A DNA stretch of 64,000 nucleotides from Candidatus Deferrimicrobiaceae bacterium (lineage in GTDB: Bacteria > Desulfobacterota > Deferrimicrobia > Deferrimicrobiales > Deferrimicrobiaceae), in contig CAWBVY010000004.1 in NCBI GenBank assembly GCA_963792415.1, forward strand, positions 192,001 to 256,000, read 5' to 3'. The position numbers were made by a program, and so were the translations under genes. Every line of letters starts with the position of its first letter. Position 1 is the stretch's first letter. Below the pieces are notes generated by a model. It did no database searches, had not been told where the DNA came from, and saw only the letters and a list, made by a program, of their open reading frames with translations. Positions 29,993 to 42,261 of this stretch are shown here, piece after piece.

Positions 29993-30162
29993 CGGCGGAG
30001 TCGCCGCAGGAGGGGGGGCGTAGTGAGGTAAAGCGCCCCACTCCCGGACCAAATGCGCTTCCTGGGGTACCCCCGCTGTAGGAAGAACGGGGGGCACAGC
30101 CGTGCAGGTTCACCGCACGGCGAGCCACGAACGGAGCCCCGCCCTCCGAGGCGACGCAGCCG
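29993..30162. other. Highly structured non-coding element (candidate ncRNA or interspersed miniature repeat)
   Basis: Nested inverted repeats closing the ends, plus three internal hairpins; no credible ORF. Confidence 0.6.
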
Positions 30163-30177
30163 AAAGGGCAGCACTAA

Positions 30178-32694
<2,517 letters not shown>

Positions 32695-33050
32695 TCCGGC
32701 GGCCTGCGGACGTTCGTCCGGCCGCGTTCTCCGGGCGCCGACGGAGCCGGCACGGAAATCCCACCGCGGGAGCGGCCTCTGGCGGACCAGCGATGAATCC
32801 GGGTCCGTACCGGAAGAGATCCGTTGCCGAGAGTGCACGTTCGGCCCACACCCGGTATCATCCTCCCGCGATTCCGGCCGAAAGGAAAATCCCCTCGTTC
32901 CGCAGGTCAAAGAACGGGGACCGGGCGCGTCGTGCAGGCGTCCAGCGCGGTTCCCGGGCCGGGACAACATCAGGACAAATGCAAATAAATTCATAAAAAC
33001 AACAACTTGTAGTTTATTAACGGGGGGTTCCGACGGGGAGTATCGTTGAC

Positions 33051-33090
33051 TTGACACGTTATGAAAGAGCATGACAATATGTGACATATT
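33051..33090 (+). promoter_or_regulatory. Promoter and palindromic operator of the catabolic operon
   Basis: TTGACA-N16-GACAAT overlapped by the perfect inverted repeat AATATGT-G-ACATATT (33076-33090). Confidence 0.6.
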
Positions 33091-33915
33091 TTGACCTGGA
33101 TTGAGAGAATCTATTTGGACCTCAATGGCGAAAAGATCGATCTGATCCCGGCTCGGCGCCGCAGCATGATATTGGAACTGATCCGACAGCAAACTTCCGT
33201 CTCGGTGCAGGAGTTGGCGCAAAATGTCGGGATCTCCCTCTCTACTGCCCGGCGGGACCTGGATGCGCTGAGCAGGCTGGGATTCATCGAACGCAGTTAC
33301 GGCGGGGCGATATTACCTCTGGCCCTGGGCACCGCCGCCGAGCTGGACCTCGGAATTTCCGCGCATTTTTCCCACGAGGAAAAGAAGGCGATCGGCCGCG
33401 TGGCGGCCGAACTCCTGCTCGACCGGCAGACCGTTCTTTTCGATTCCGGTTCCACGGTAATGGAAATTGCGCGGCGGGTTGTGGAAAAGGGGCTTCGGCT
33501 GACCGCCGTGACCAATGACGTGAAAATGGCGGGGTTGTTCGCCAGGTCGACGGCGATTCAGGTCGTCGTCCTGGGAGGCACGATGCGGCCCGGCTCTCCC
33601 ACACTGGTTGGCGAACCGGGGCTGGGTTTTCTCAAATCCCTCCACGTCGACGTTTCCTTCATCGGCATTCACGCGGTCAAGGGCGCCAGGCTCTGCGAGA
33701 CGACGATCGATCTCGCCGTGTTGAAGCGCGGTATGCTGGATGCGGCAGAGTACGGAGTCCTAGTGGCGGATGCCGGCAAGTTCGGCGCCACGGCGTTCTG
33801 TGACGTCTGCGACGTAAGCAAGTTGGATGAAATCATCACCGACAGCCGCCTTGAGGCGCCGAGGCGGAAGGAGCTCGAGGATCTGGGGGTCAAGCTTCGG
33901 ATCGCTTCCGGATAA
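33091..33915 (+). CDS. DeoR/GlpR family transcriptional regulator (start uncertain)
   Basis: STARRDL HTH, RSYGGA, EKKAIG, DSGST. Confidence 0.92.
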   Translation: MTWIERIYLDLNGEKIDLIPARRRSMILELIRQQTSVSVQELAQNVGISLSTARRDLDALSRLGFIERSYGGAILPLALGTAAELDLGISAHFSHEEKKAIGRVAAELLLDRQTVLFDSGSTVMEIARRVVEKGLRLTAVTNDVKMAGLFARSTAIQVVVLGGTMRPGSPTLVGEPGLGFLKSLHVDVSFIGIHAVKGARLCETTIDLAVLKRGMLDAAEYGVLVADAGKFGATAFCDVCDVSKLDEIITDSRLEAPRRKELEDLGVKLRIASG

Positions 33916-33934
33916 TAAGGAGGAGGAGGAGAAC

Positions 33935-34966
33935 ATGAAAAGCAGGCGAGTAAAAAAACCAGGAGGTGTTCAGATGGGTCGATCCAGAAAAGCCGTGGGA
34001 TTGCTGCTTGCGTCTCTCGTATTGGGAGGGCTGATCGCAACAGGCGCCATCGCGGCGTCCGACTACCCGACCAAGTCGATCGCCGTTCTTCAAGGGTTTA
34101 AGCCTGGCGGGGGAAGCGATGCGCTGGCTACGCTGACGCAGCCCTTCCTGGAGAAGATCCTTGGCAAGAGCTTCGTGAATCAGTACATCCCCGGAGCGAC
34201 GGGCGCCATCGCGTGGACGCAGCTTTCGAAGTCGACGCGGCCCGACGGGTACACCGTCTCGATCACCAACACGCCGATGCTGATGACCAATTACATCATG
34301 AATCCTGAGATTACCTACAATATCAACGAGTTGACCCCTATCGCCAACGTGGTAACCGACCCGGGCATTATCGTCGTCGGCAAGGACAGCCCGTACAAAA
34401 CGATCCAGGAATTTCTGGCGGCCGTAAAGAAGAGTCCCGGCATGATCACCGTGGGAAATTCCGGCATCGGCGGTGACGATTTCTTCACGACGCTGATCTT
34501 CGAAAAGGCGAGCGGGCTCAAGTTCCAGATGGTCCCGTTCCAGGGCGACGGCCCCTCCTGGCAGGCGGCCATGGGGGGAAAGATCGACGCAAGCTTCAAC
34601 AATCTCGGGATCACGTTCCCGCAGATCAAGGCCGGCAACCTGCGCGCCCTGGCGCTCTTCGCCGAGAAACGCGATCCGAACATCCCGGACGTTCCCACGA
34701 TGAAGGAACTCGGCTACGACGTCGTCTCCGGCTCTTCGCGCGGCTACAGCGCCCCGAAGGGGATTCCCGCCGAGGCCCGCGACACGCTGATCAAGGCGTT
34801 CGCCAAGATGGCGGAAGATCCGGCCTTCAAGAAAGCGGCTGCCGATCGGGCGCTGCCCATCGACATGAAACTCGGCGATGCCTACACCGACTACCTGCAG
34901 AAGCAGGAGAAGACCTTCGGCAAGATCTGGGACGAGGTCAAGAGCCAGTACCAGGGCAAGAAGTAA
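33935..34966 (+). CDS. Tripartite tricarboxylate transporter substrate-binding protein (TctC family; alternative start 33974)
   Basis: Signal peptide, YPTKSI...PGGGSD, PGATG, PDGYT, PDVPT. Confidence 0.92.
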   Translation: MKSRRVKKPGGVQMGRSRKAVGLLLASLVLGGLIATGAIAASDYPTKSIAVLQGFKPGGGSDALATLTQPFLEKILGKSFVNQYIPGATGAIAWTQLSKSTRPDGYTVSITNTPMLMTNYIMNPEITYNINELTPIANVVTDPGIIVVGKDSPYKTIQEFLAAVKKSPGMITVGNSGIGGDDFFTTLIFEKASGLKFQMVPFQGDGPSWQAAMGGKIDASFNNLGITFPQIKAGNLRALALFAEKRDPNIPDVPTMKELGYDVVSGSSRGYSAPKGIPAEARDTLIKAFAKMAEDPAFKKAAADRALPIDMKLGDAYTDYLQKQEKTFGKIWDEVKSQYQGKK

Positions 34967-34977
34967 GGCGGCATGTC

Positions 34978-35008
34978 CCGGAGCGGGGGCGTTCGGCTCC
35001 CGCTCCGG
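34978..35008 (+). terminator. Intergenic hairpin after the TctC gene (stabiliser or partial terminator)
   Basis: CCGGAGCGGGGGC-GTTCG-GCTCCCGCTCCGG stem. Confidence 0.5.
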
Positions 35009-35029
35009 AACCCCCAGGAGAGAATACGA

Positions 35030-35482
35030 ATGAATCGCCTGGCCCCGTATCTTCTGTTCGCCGGAGCCGTTGACTCCCTGGCGGTCGTCTTTTACGTAAA
35101 CACCCTCAGAATGCCGAAGGCGGCGTATCAGATGCCGCGCATCCTGATCGCCCTGGTGCTCCTGCTGTCGGTGCTCATGATCGTCGAGCAGCTCCTCCTG
35201 ATGCGGAAAACCCCCTCCGCGGAAAACGGCAACGACATTCCCGTGGAAATCAGCCCCATCCGGATCGGCGTGTTCGTATCCCTGATCCTCGCGTACGTCC
35301 TGACCATCGTGCCCCTGGGGTATTTCATCGCGACGCCGGTGTTCCTGATCGGATCCCTCCTTTTTCTCAGATCGACGAAGATGCACTGGATATTGGCGAT
35401 CGCGGTCGGTTTTACGGGATTCGTCTACCTGCTGTTCGTGCTTTTTCTGCACATGCCGGTACCCATGGGCCTGCTGGGCTAG
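35030..35482 (+). CDS. TTT small permease (TctB family)
   Basis: Four TM segments, C-terminal LFLHMPVPMG; lies between tctC and tctA. Confidence 0.88.
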   Translation: MNRLAPYLLFAGAVDSLAVVFYVNTLRMPKAAYQMPRILIALVLLLSVLMIVEQLLLMRKTPSAENGNDIPVEISPIRIGVFVSLILAYVLTIVPLGYFIATPVFLIGSLLFLRSTKMHWILAIAVGFTGFVYLLFVLFLHMPVPMGLLG

Positions 35483-35499
35483 GATATGGAGATTTCCCC

Positions 35500-37023
35500 G
35501 TGATTTTCGACGCCGTCCTCACCGGCTTGACGGGAGTGATGTCGCCGCTCAACCTCCTGCTCATCGCGGGTGGAACGGCGATCGGTATCTTCGTGGGGGC
35601 GATGCCCGGCCTTTCGGCGACGATGGCGATCGCGCTCCTGCTTCCGCTGACCTTCCCGCTTCCCCCGGCATCGGGTTTAAGCATGCTCGCTTCCCTCTAC
35701 ATGGGAGCCATGTACGGCGGGTCGATCGCGGCCATCCTGCTTCGGACCCCGGGAACCCCGGCGGCAGCTGCCACCGTGCTCGACGGATATCCGATGGCCC
35801 GGAACGGGCAGGCGGGAAAAGCGCTGGGCGTGTCCCTGGTCGCGTCGTTCATCGGGGGCCTGATCAGCAGTATCGGGCTGCTGACCGTCGCGCCGGTGCT
35901 TGGCAAGATCGCGCTGGAGTTCGGCCCCGTGGAGCTTTTCGCCGTAGCCGTGCTCGGACTCACGATCATCGCGTCCCTTTCCCGCGGCTCCACGATTCTC
36001 GGACTGATCTCGGGTGTGCTGGGTGCCCTCTTCGCCATGGTCGGGATGGACAACATCACCGGCGTGCCCCGGTTCACCTTCGGGAACATCAACCTGTTCA
36101 GCGGGATTTCCTTCGTCGTGGCGTTGATCGGCCTGTTCTCCATTCCACAGGCGATCCGGCTGATCGAAAGGAAGGAGGACGCGAAGCGGGAGCTGGTGGT
36201 CAACAGAATCACCGATAAGATGCTGCCGACGTGGAAGGAGTTCAAAGGGATGGCCGTGACCATCGTCCGCTCGTCTTTCATCGGGCTTGTCGTCGGCCTG
36301 ATCCCCGGAACCGGCGGCGACACCGCATGCTGGTTCGGCTATAACGAAGCGAAACGCTTCTCGAAACACAAAGAGAAGTTCGGAACCGGCATTCCGGAGG
36401 GGGTTGCTGCCGCGGAAGCCGCGAACAACGCGGTGGTCGGCGGCGCGCTGATCCCGACCATCTCGTTGGGGATCCCGGGCAGCTCCTCCACGGCAGTCCT
36501 CATGGGCGGCCTGATGGTGCACGGGATCATGCCCGGCCCGTCGCTGATGTCCGAATATGCCGACGTGACCTACACGTTGATCTGGGCGGTGGTTCTTTCC
36601 AATTTCGCGATGCTTTTCCTGGGGTTGCTCTTGACGCGCATGAGCATCTCCGTTACCCGGGTCAAGGACAGAATCATGGCCCCCCTGATCATCGTCCTGT
36701 GCGTGATCGGCTCCTTTTCCATCAACAACAATATATTCGACGTAATCCTGATGTTCGCTTTCGGGATTCTCGGGTACGTCATGGACAAGCTGAAGATTCC
36801 CACGGCGCCGATGGTGGTCGGACTGATTCTCGGGGACATGTTCAATGTAACCCTCCACCAATCGCTTTTGATCAGTCACGGCAGTTGGGCCGTTTTCGCA
36901 AAGAACCCCATCTCGGCAACGCTCCTTGCGATAGCGTTCTTATCCCTTCTGCAGTCCACACCGTTGTTTTCCTGGGTTCGCAAATACGGTTTCGCCAAGA
37001 ACGGGAGGTCTTCCATTGAGTGA
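35500..37023 (+). CDS. TTT large permease (TctA family)
   Basis: GAMPGLS, YGGSIAAILLRTPGTP, DGYPMA, EAANNA, LGIPG. Confidence 0.94.
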   Translation: MIFDAVLTGLTGVMSPLNLLLIAGGTAIGIFVGAMPGLSATMAIALLLPLTFPLPPASGLSMLASLYMGAMYGGSIAAILLRTPGTPAAAATVLDGYPMARNGQAGKALGVSLVASFIGGLISSIGLLTVAPVLGKIALEFGPVELFAVAVLGLTIIASLSRGSTILGLISGVLGALFAMVGMDNITGVPRFTFGNINLFSGISFVVALIGLFSIPQAIRLIERKEDAKRELVVNRITDKMLPTWKEFKGMAVTIVRSSFIGLVVGLIPGTGGDTACWFGYNEAKRFSKHKEKFGTGIPEGVAAAEAANNAVVGGALIPTISLGIPGSSSTAVLMGGLMVHGIMPGPSLMSEYADVTYTLIWAVVLSNFAMLFLGLLLTRMSISVTRVKDRIMAPLIIVLCVIGSFSINNNIFDVILMFAFGILGYVMDKLKIPTAPMVVGLILGDMFNVTLHQSLLISHGSWAVFAKNPISATLLAIAFLSLLQSTPLFSWVRKYGFAKNGRSSIE

Positions 37024-37024
37024 A

Positions 37025-38122
37025 ATGAACATTGCAACGGCGATGACGGGGCTGGTTTCCTATCCGAACGGAGATATCAGGCTCACCGAGGTACCGGTCC
37101 CCAGGCTCGGCGAAAACCCGTTCTCCCCGCGGGACGTCCTGTGCGAGGTCGCGTACTGCGGCATCTGTGGAAGCGACATCCACAAGTGGCTTGACGAGAA
37201 AAAAGGGAATATGAAACACGTTCCCAAGGCCGTAGTCGGAGGACACGAAATCGTCTCCGTCGTGCGCGAAGTCGGAAAGAAGGTTACCCGCTTCCGGCCC
37301 GGCGACCGGGTGGTGCACGAGATCGTGACCTTCTACTGCGGTGAATGTCCGGCGTGTCTTGAGGGACGCTTCAACATCTGCAACAAGATTCCGCCGATGG
37401 AGGGGCGCGCGCACTTCATGACGGGCGGCGGTTTCGCCAAATATGTGATGTGGCCGGAGCAGCAACTCCACAAGCTGCCGGACTCCATCGGGAGCAAGGA
37501 AGCCGTGCTGATGGAACCGACGGCGGGAAGCATCCACAGCATCATCACCCGGATGGGCGTCAAGGCCGGGGAATCGGTCGCCATCCTTGGCCCCGGTGCG
37601 CGCGGGCTGCTTCTGCTGCAGGTCTGTCTGGCCATCGGGGCCGGCCCCATCGTCATGACCGGCCTCACGCGGGACGAGTCGTTTCGCCTGGCGATGGCGA
37701 GGAAACTGGGGGCCGACCGGATCGTCAATGTGGAAAAGGAGGATATCCGGGACGTCGTCCGGGAAATGACCAACGGGATCGGCGTGGACGTTGTGTTGGA
37801 AAACACCGGCTCGGTCGCCCCGATCGAGGAATCGCTCGATATCGTCCGCAAGGGCGGGAGGGTCCTGTGGGCCGGCGGCGGGATCCGGGGCGGAATCGTC
37901 GCGCCGGTGGACACGTACAAGATCATCGTCAAGGAGATCGATGTAAAAGGAGAGATCTCGCAGATTCCCTACGACTGGAAAACGGCGATCCATCTGGTTT
38001 CCGCCGGGAAAGTCGATCTGAAATCGCTCGTGACCCACGAGTTCCCGCTCCCGGACTGGAAGAAAGGGTTCGATCTTGCCGCCACGAGTCCGGAGTGCCT
38101 GCGCGTGGCGCTGAAGCCGTGA
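37025..38122 (+). CDS. Zinc-dependent (MDR) polyol/sugar dehydrogenase
   Basis: CGICGSD, GHE, CGECPAC...C, GPGARG. Confidence 0.9.
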   Translation: MNIATAMTGLVSYPNGDIRLTEVPVPRLGENPFSPRDVLCEVAYCGICGSDIHKWLDEKKGNMKHVPKAVVGGHEIVSVVREVGKKVTRFRPGDRVVHEIVTFYCGECPACLEGRFNICNKIPPMEGRAHFMTGGGFAKYVMWPEQQLHKLPDSIGSKEAVLMEPTAGSIHSIITRMGVKAGESVAILGPGARGLLLLQVCLAIGAGPIVMTGLTRDESFRLAMARKLGADRIVNVEKEDIRDVVREMTNGIGVDVVLENTGSVAPIEESLDIVRKGGRVLWAGGGIRGGIVAPVDTYKIIVKEIDVKGEISQIPYDWKTAIHLVSAGKVDLKSLVTHEFPLPDWKKGFDLAATSPECLRVALKP

Positions 38123-38142
38123 GCGGAAGGAGCGACGTCCCG

Positions 38143-39411
38143 ATGAACGTCTTCAACGAGCTTCTCGACCACATACCCGTTCCCCGGATGGTCCGCGCCC
38201 GGCAGAGCTACGAGCGTCCGGTCCTGGCAAACCCCGAAGAGGAGTTCCGCACGCGCCTCCGCGGCAGCGGCGTCCTTTCTGCGATCCGGAAGGGGATGAC
38301 GATCGCGATCGCCGTGGGCAGCCGCGGCATCAGCAACCAGCCGCTCGTCGTGCGTGCCCTGGTGGCGGAGCTCAAAGGGGCGGGCGCGCAGCCGTTCCTC
38401 GTTCCGGCCATGGGATCCCACGGCGGCGCCACCGCCGAAGGGCAGAAGGCGATGCTCGAGGGGTTGGGCTTCGGCGAGGAGTGCGTCGGCGCCCCCATCC
38501 GGGCGACGATGGAGACGGTGGAGCTGGGATCCGCGGGGCCGGATCTTCCGGCGCACATCGACCGGATCGCCCACGCGGCGGACGGCATCGTCCTCGTCAA
38601 CCGCATCAAGCCGCACGTCGCATTTCGGGGCCCGTATGAAAGCGGTCTGGCCAAGATGATCACGATCGGGCTCGGGAAACAGAGAGGGGCCGAGATCTGC
38701 CACGACCTGGGGTTCGGAAAGATGGCCGAGCATATCCCCGCCATCGCCCGTACGATGCTCGCCCAGACCAAGATCCTTTTTGCCGTTGGGCTGCTGGAAA
38801 ATGCCTACCATGAAACCGCCCGGATCGAGGTGATTCCGGCGGCGGAGATCCTCGAGCGGGAGCCTGCCCTCCAGGAGGATGCAAAGCGGCTTTCGCCGCG
38901 GCTCGCGTTCGACCGTCTGGATGTGCTGGTGATGGACGAAATCGGGAAGGACATCAGCGGAACCGGTTTCGACACCAACGTGGCGGGCCGGTACCACACG
39001 CCGTACATCAGCGGCGGGCCGCAGATCACACGACTGGTCGTGCTGGACCTGACCGACAAGAGCCATGGGAACGGCAACGGCCTGGGAATCGTCGACTTCA
39101 CCACAAGGCGCGTGCTCGAGAAATTCCGCTTTGACCAAACCTATCCCAACGCGCTTACCTCGACGGTCCCCGCGAGCGTTAAGATCCCGATGGTGCTGGA
39201 AAGCGACCGTCATGCGTTCCAGGCCGCCATCCGGACCACCAACCTCGTCCGCAAGGAAGAGGTGCGTCTGGTGCGCATCAAGAACACGATCGATATGGAC
39301 GAGATCGAGATCTCGGAAAACCTGGTGGAGGAAGCACGCGGAAATCGCTCCCTCCAGGTGATCTCGGATGCGTTCACCCTGCCGTTCGATGCCAAGGGGA
39401 ATCTTCTTTGA
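38143..39411 (+). CDS. LarA/DUF2088-like (lactate racemase N-terminal domain) protein
   Basis: IAVGSRGI, PAMGSHGGAT, NRIKPH, ESGLAKM..IGLGK, GKDISGTG. Confidence 0.75.
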   Translation: MNVFNELLDHIPVPRMVRARQSYERPVLANPEEEFRTRLRGSGVLSAIRKGMTIAIAVGSRGISNQPLVVRALVAELKGAGAQPFLVPAMGSHGGATAEGQKAMLEGLGFGEECVGAPIRATMETVELGSAGPDLPAHIDRIAHAADGIVLVNRIKPHVAFRGPYESGLAKMITIGLGKQRGAEICHDLGFGKMAEHIPAIARTMLAQTKILFAVGLLENAYHETARIEVIPAAEILEREPALQEDAKRLSPRLAFDRLDVLVMDEIGKDISGTGFDTNVAGRYHTPYISGGPQITRLVVLDLTDKSHGNGNGLGIVDFTTRRVLEKFRFDQTYPNALTSTVPASVKIPMVLESDRHAFQAAIRTTNLVRKEEVRLVRIKNTIDMDEIEISENLVEEARGNRSLQVISDAFTLPFDAKGNLL

Positions 39412-39494
39412 GCCGGAGAGGCGTCGTCGGAAGGAACTCCGGTGAATGACATTGCCCCATCGCCTTCCCAATTCATTCCAATGAAGGGTTGCGT

Positions 39495-40484
39495 ATGACG
39501 CGTCCCGTTCTGGGCGTGACCATCGGTGATCCGGCGGGCGTAGGGCCCGAGATCTGCATCAAGGCGCTGACCCGGAAGGAAGTCGTCGAGATCTGCCGTC
39601 CCGTGTTCTACGGCGATGAAGGGGTGCTGCGGCGTGCGATGAAGGTCGTGCCCACGCCGGTGGAACTGCACCGGATCGGACAGGCGGCGGAGTTCCGGGA
39701 CGGGGTCATGAATGTGATCTCCCTCGACAATATGCCGGACAACTGGGAGTACGGAAGAGTCCAGGCCGCGTGCGGCAGGGCGGCGTTCGAGTACATCGTC
39801 CGGGCAGTGGAGGACGCCAAGGAGAGGAAGATCGCGGGAGTGGTCACCGGGCCGATCAACAAGGAATCGATGAACTTGGCCGGGATGAACTACGCGGGAA
39901 TGACCGAAGTCTTCGCGGAACTGACCGGGACAAAGGATTACTCGATGATGCTGACGGGTGGACCGCTGAAGGTGATCCATGTCTCGACGCACCTCTCGAT
40001 GCGCGAAGCCGTCGAACGGGTCAGGAAGGAGAGGGTTCTGCGGGTCATTCGCCTCGCTGACGCGAGCCTCCGGGACTTGGGGTACGCGCGTCGCCGGATC
40101 GCCGTGGCGGGACTGAACCCGCATTCCGGCGAGAACGGCCTGTTCGGCACCGAGGAGGCGCAGGAAGTGGTCCCGGCCATCGAGGCGGCGAAGGGGGAAG
40201 GGCTGGACGTTACCGGGCCGGTGCCTCCCGACACGGTCTTCATGAAAGCGGCGACGGGAATGTTCGACATCGTCGTGGCCATGTACCACGATCAGGGGCA
40301 CATTCCGTTGAAGCTCCTCGATTTCATGGGAGGGGTGAACGTTACGGTCGGCATACCGATCCTCCGTACCTCCGTCGACCACGGCACGGCATTCGATATC
40401 GCCGGCAAGGGCACCGCCGACGAGACGAGCATGGTCAAGGCCATCGAGCTGTGTGTCCAGTTCGCCCTCAACCGGAGAAAGTAG
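39495..40484 (+). CDS. PdxA-family 4-phospho acid-sugar dehydrogenase (PdxA2 type)
   Basis: GDPAGVGPE, GLNPHSGE, AMYHDQGHIP, RTSVDHGTAFDIAG; co-located with a DUF1537 kinase. Confidence 0.9.
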   Translation: MTRPVLGVTIGDPAGVGPEICIKALTRKEVVEICRPVFYGDEGVLRRAMKVVPTPVELHRIGQAAEFRDGVMNVISLDNMPDNWEYGRVQAACGRAAFEYIVRAVEDAKERKIAGVVTGPINKESMNLAGMNYAGMTEVFAELTGTKDYSMMLTGGPLKVIHVSTHLSMREAVERVRKERVLRVIRLADASLRDLGYARRRIAVAGLNPHSGENGLFGTEEAQEVVPAIEAAKGEGLDVTGPVPPDTVFMKAATGMFDIVVAMYHDQGHIPLKLLDFMGGVNVTVGIPILRTSVDHGTAFDIAGKGTADETSMVKAIELCVQFALNRRK

Positions 40485-40514
40485 CGGCATTCCCATCCGC
40501 GCGGAGAAAACAAA

Positions 40515-42221
40515 ATGACGACACGGAAAACGGATGAAAAAGGGAAATCCCCGCGGATACCTTCCGATGAGAAGATTTCCCGCAGCCGGGACCTGACGGA
40601 AGGGATCGACCGTGCGGCGCATCGGGCGCTGCTTTACTCCCTGGGCCTCTCCCGGGAGGACTTGAAGCGCCCCTTCATCGCGGTGGCCAATTCCTGGAAC
40701 GAGATCGTCCCCGGCTGCGTTCCGCAGAGGCAGGTCGCCGACGCGGTGAAGCAGGGGATCCGGGCCGCCGGGGCGATCCCCTTCGAGTTCAACACGATCG
40801 GCGTCTGTGACGGGATGGCCCAGGGGCACGTCGGGATGAGTTTTTCCCTGCCCAGCCGGGAGGTCATCGCCGACTCGGCGGAGATCATGCTGGAAGCGCA
40901 CCGCTTCGACGGCGCGGTCTTCCTGACCTCGTGCGACAAGATCACCCCCGGCATGCTGATGGCGATGTTCCGGGTCAACATACCGTCGATCATCGTCGCA
41001 CCGGGCACGATGGCGCCCGGGGAGTACAAGGGGGAGAAGCTCACCACCTCCGTGATCCGCGAGTTCGTCGGGCGGTGCCAGACCGGAATCCTCTCGGAAG
41101 AGGAACTTGCGGAGGTCGAGCGCGTCGCGTGTCCGACGCTCGGGAGCTGCGCCATGATGGGCACGGCCAACACCATGGCCTGCCTTTGTGAAGTTCTCGG
41201 GCTGGCGTTCCCCGCATCGGCGACCATGCCGGCGTCCTCCAGCGAGAAGCTGCGCGAAGGGATTATTGTCGGGAAGCGGATCGTAGAGCTGGTGAATCAG
41301 GATGTGAAGCCCCTGGATCTGGTAGACCGGGAAACGTTTATCGACGCCGTCAAGTTCGTCCTGGCGGTGGGCGGTTCCACCAATGCCACCCTGCATATCC
41401 CGACACTGGCCGCGGAGGCGGGGTACGAATTGAATCTCGCCGATATGGAAGCCCTCTGCGATAAGATCCCGTACGTTTCCCGGATCAACCCGTCCGGGAA
41501 ACAGACGATGGCCGATTTTCACCGTGCCGGGGGAGTGAGCGCCGTCTTCGCTTCCCTGGGCGATGCCCATTTCCACCTCGACCGGAGGAGCGTCACAGGA
41601 AAGACGCTGCGGGAGATCGCCGACGCCGCGCCGTGGACCGACAAGGAGATGATCCGTCCCGCGTCGGAGCCGATTTCGCCCATGGGGGCCCTCAAGGTGC
41701 TGCGCGGGAACCTCGCGCCGGGAGGAGCCGTCTGCAAGCGGTCCGGCGCCGTCAAGAACATGTGGCGCCACTCCGGGCCCGCCCGTGTCTTCCACTCGAT
41801 GGAGGAGGCGGTCAAGGTCGTGGAGGACGGGAGGATCGAGCCGGGCTCGGTGATCGTGATCCGCTACGAGGGCCCGGTGGGCGGGCCGGGGATGCGGGAG
41901 ATGCACCTCATCACGTCCATCCTGGCCGGATCGGGTCTGGCGGAAAGCACGGCGCTGGTCACCGACGGCCGCTTTTCGGGATCCACCCGCGGGCCCTGCA
42001 TCGGCCACGTGACGCCCGAGGCGGCCCTCGGCGGACCGATCGCATTCGTGCGGGACGGCGACACGATTTCGATCGATCTGTACGAGGGGAAGCTGGAGTT
42101 GGCGCTGAGCGACGACGAGATCGGACGCCGGCGGGCGGGGTGGCAGCCGGTCGTCCGGCCGCATCGCGGCGTATTGGGCTCCTTCGCCGACAAGCATCGC
42201 CGGGCGGCGATGGAACGGTGA
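40515..42221 (+). CDS. IlvD/Edd-family dihydroxy-acid or sugar-acid dehydratase
   Basis: CDG, SREVIAD, CDKITPG, GTANTM, GGSTN, GPGMREM, TDGRFSG. Confidence 0.92.
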   Translation: MTTRKTDEKGKSPRIPSDEKISRSRDLTEGIDRAAHRALLYSLGLSREDLKRPFIAVANSWNEIVPGCVPQRQVADAVKQGIRAAGAIPFEFNTIGVCDGMAQGHVGMSFSLPSREVIADSAEIMLEAHRFDGAVFLTSCDKITPGMLMAMFRVNIPSIIVAPGTMAPGEYKGEKLTTSVIREFVGRCQTGILSEEELAEVERVACPTLGSCAMMGTANTMACLCEVLGLAFPASATMPASSSEKLREGIIVGKRIVELVNQDVKPLDLVDRETFIDAVKFVLAVGGSTNATLHIPTLAAEAGYELNLADMEALCDKIPYVSRINPSGKQTMADFHRAGGVSAVFASLGDAHFHLDRRSVTGKTLREIADAAPWTDKEMIRPASEPISPMGALKVLRGNLAPGGAVCKRSGAVKNMWRHSGPARVFHSMEEAVKVVEDGRIEPGSVIVIRYEGPVGGPGMREMHLITSILAGSGLAESTALVTDGRFSGSTRGPCIGHVTPEAALGGPIAFVRDGDTISIDLYEGKLELALSDDEIGRRRAGWQPVVRPHRGVLGSFADKHRRAAMER

Positions 42222-42261
42222 CCCGCTGCCTGCGGGACAAGGGAAACCAGGCGAAGACCGG

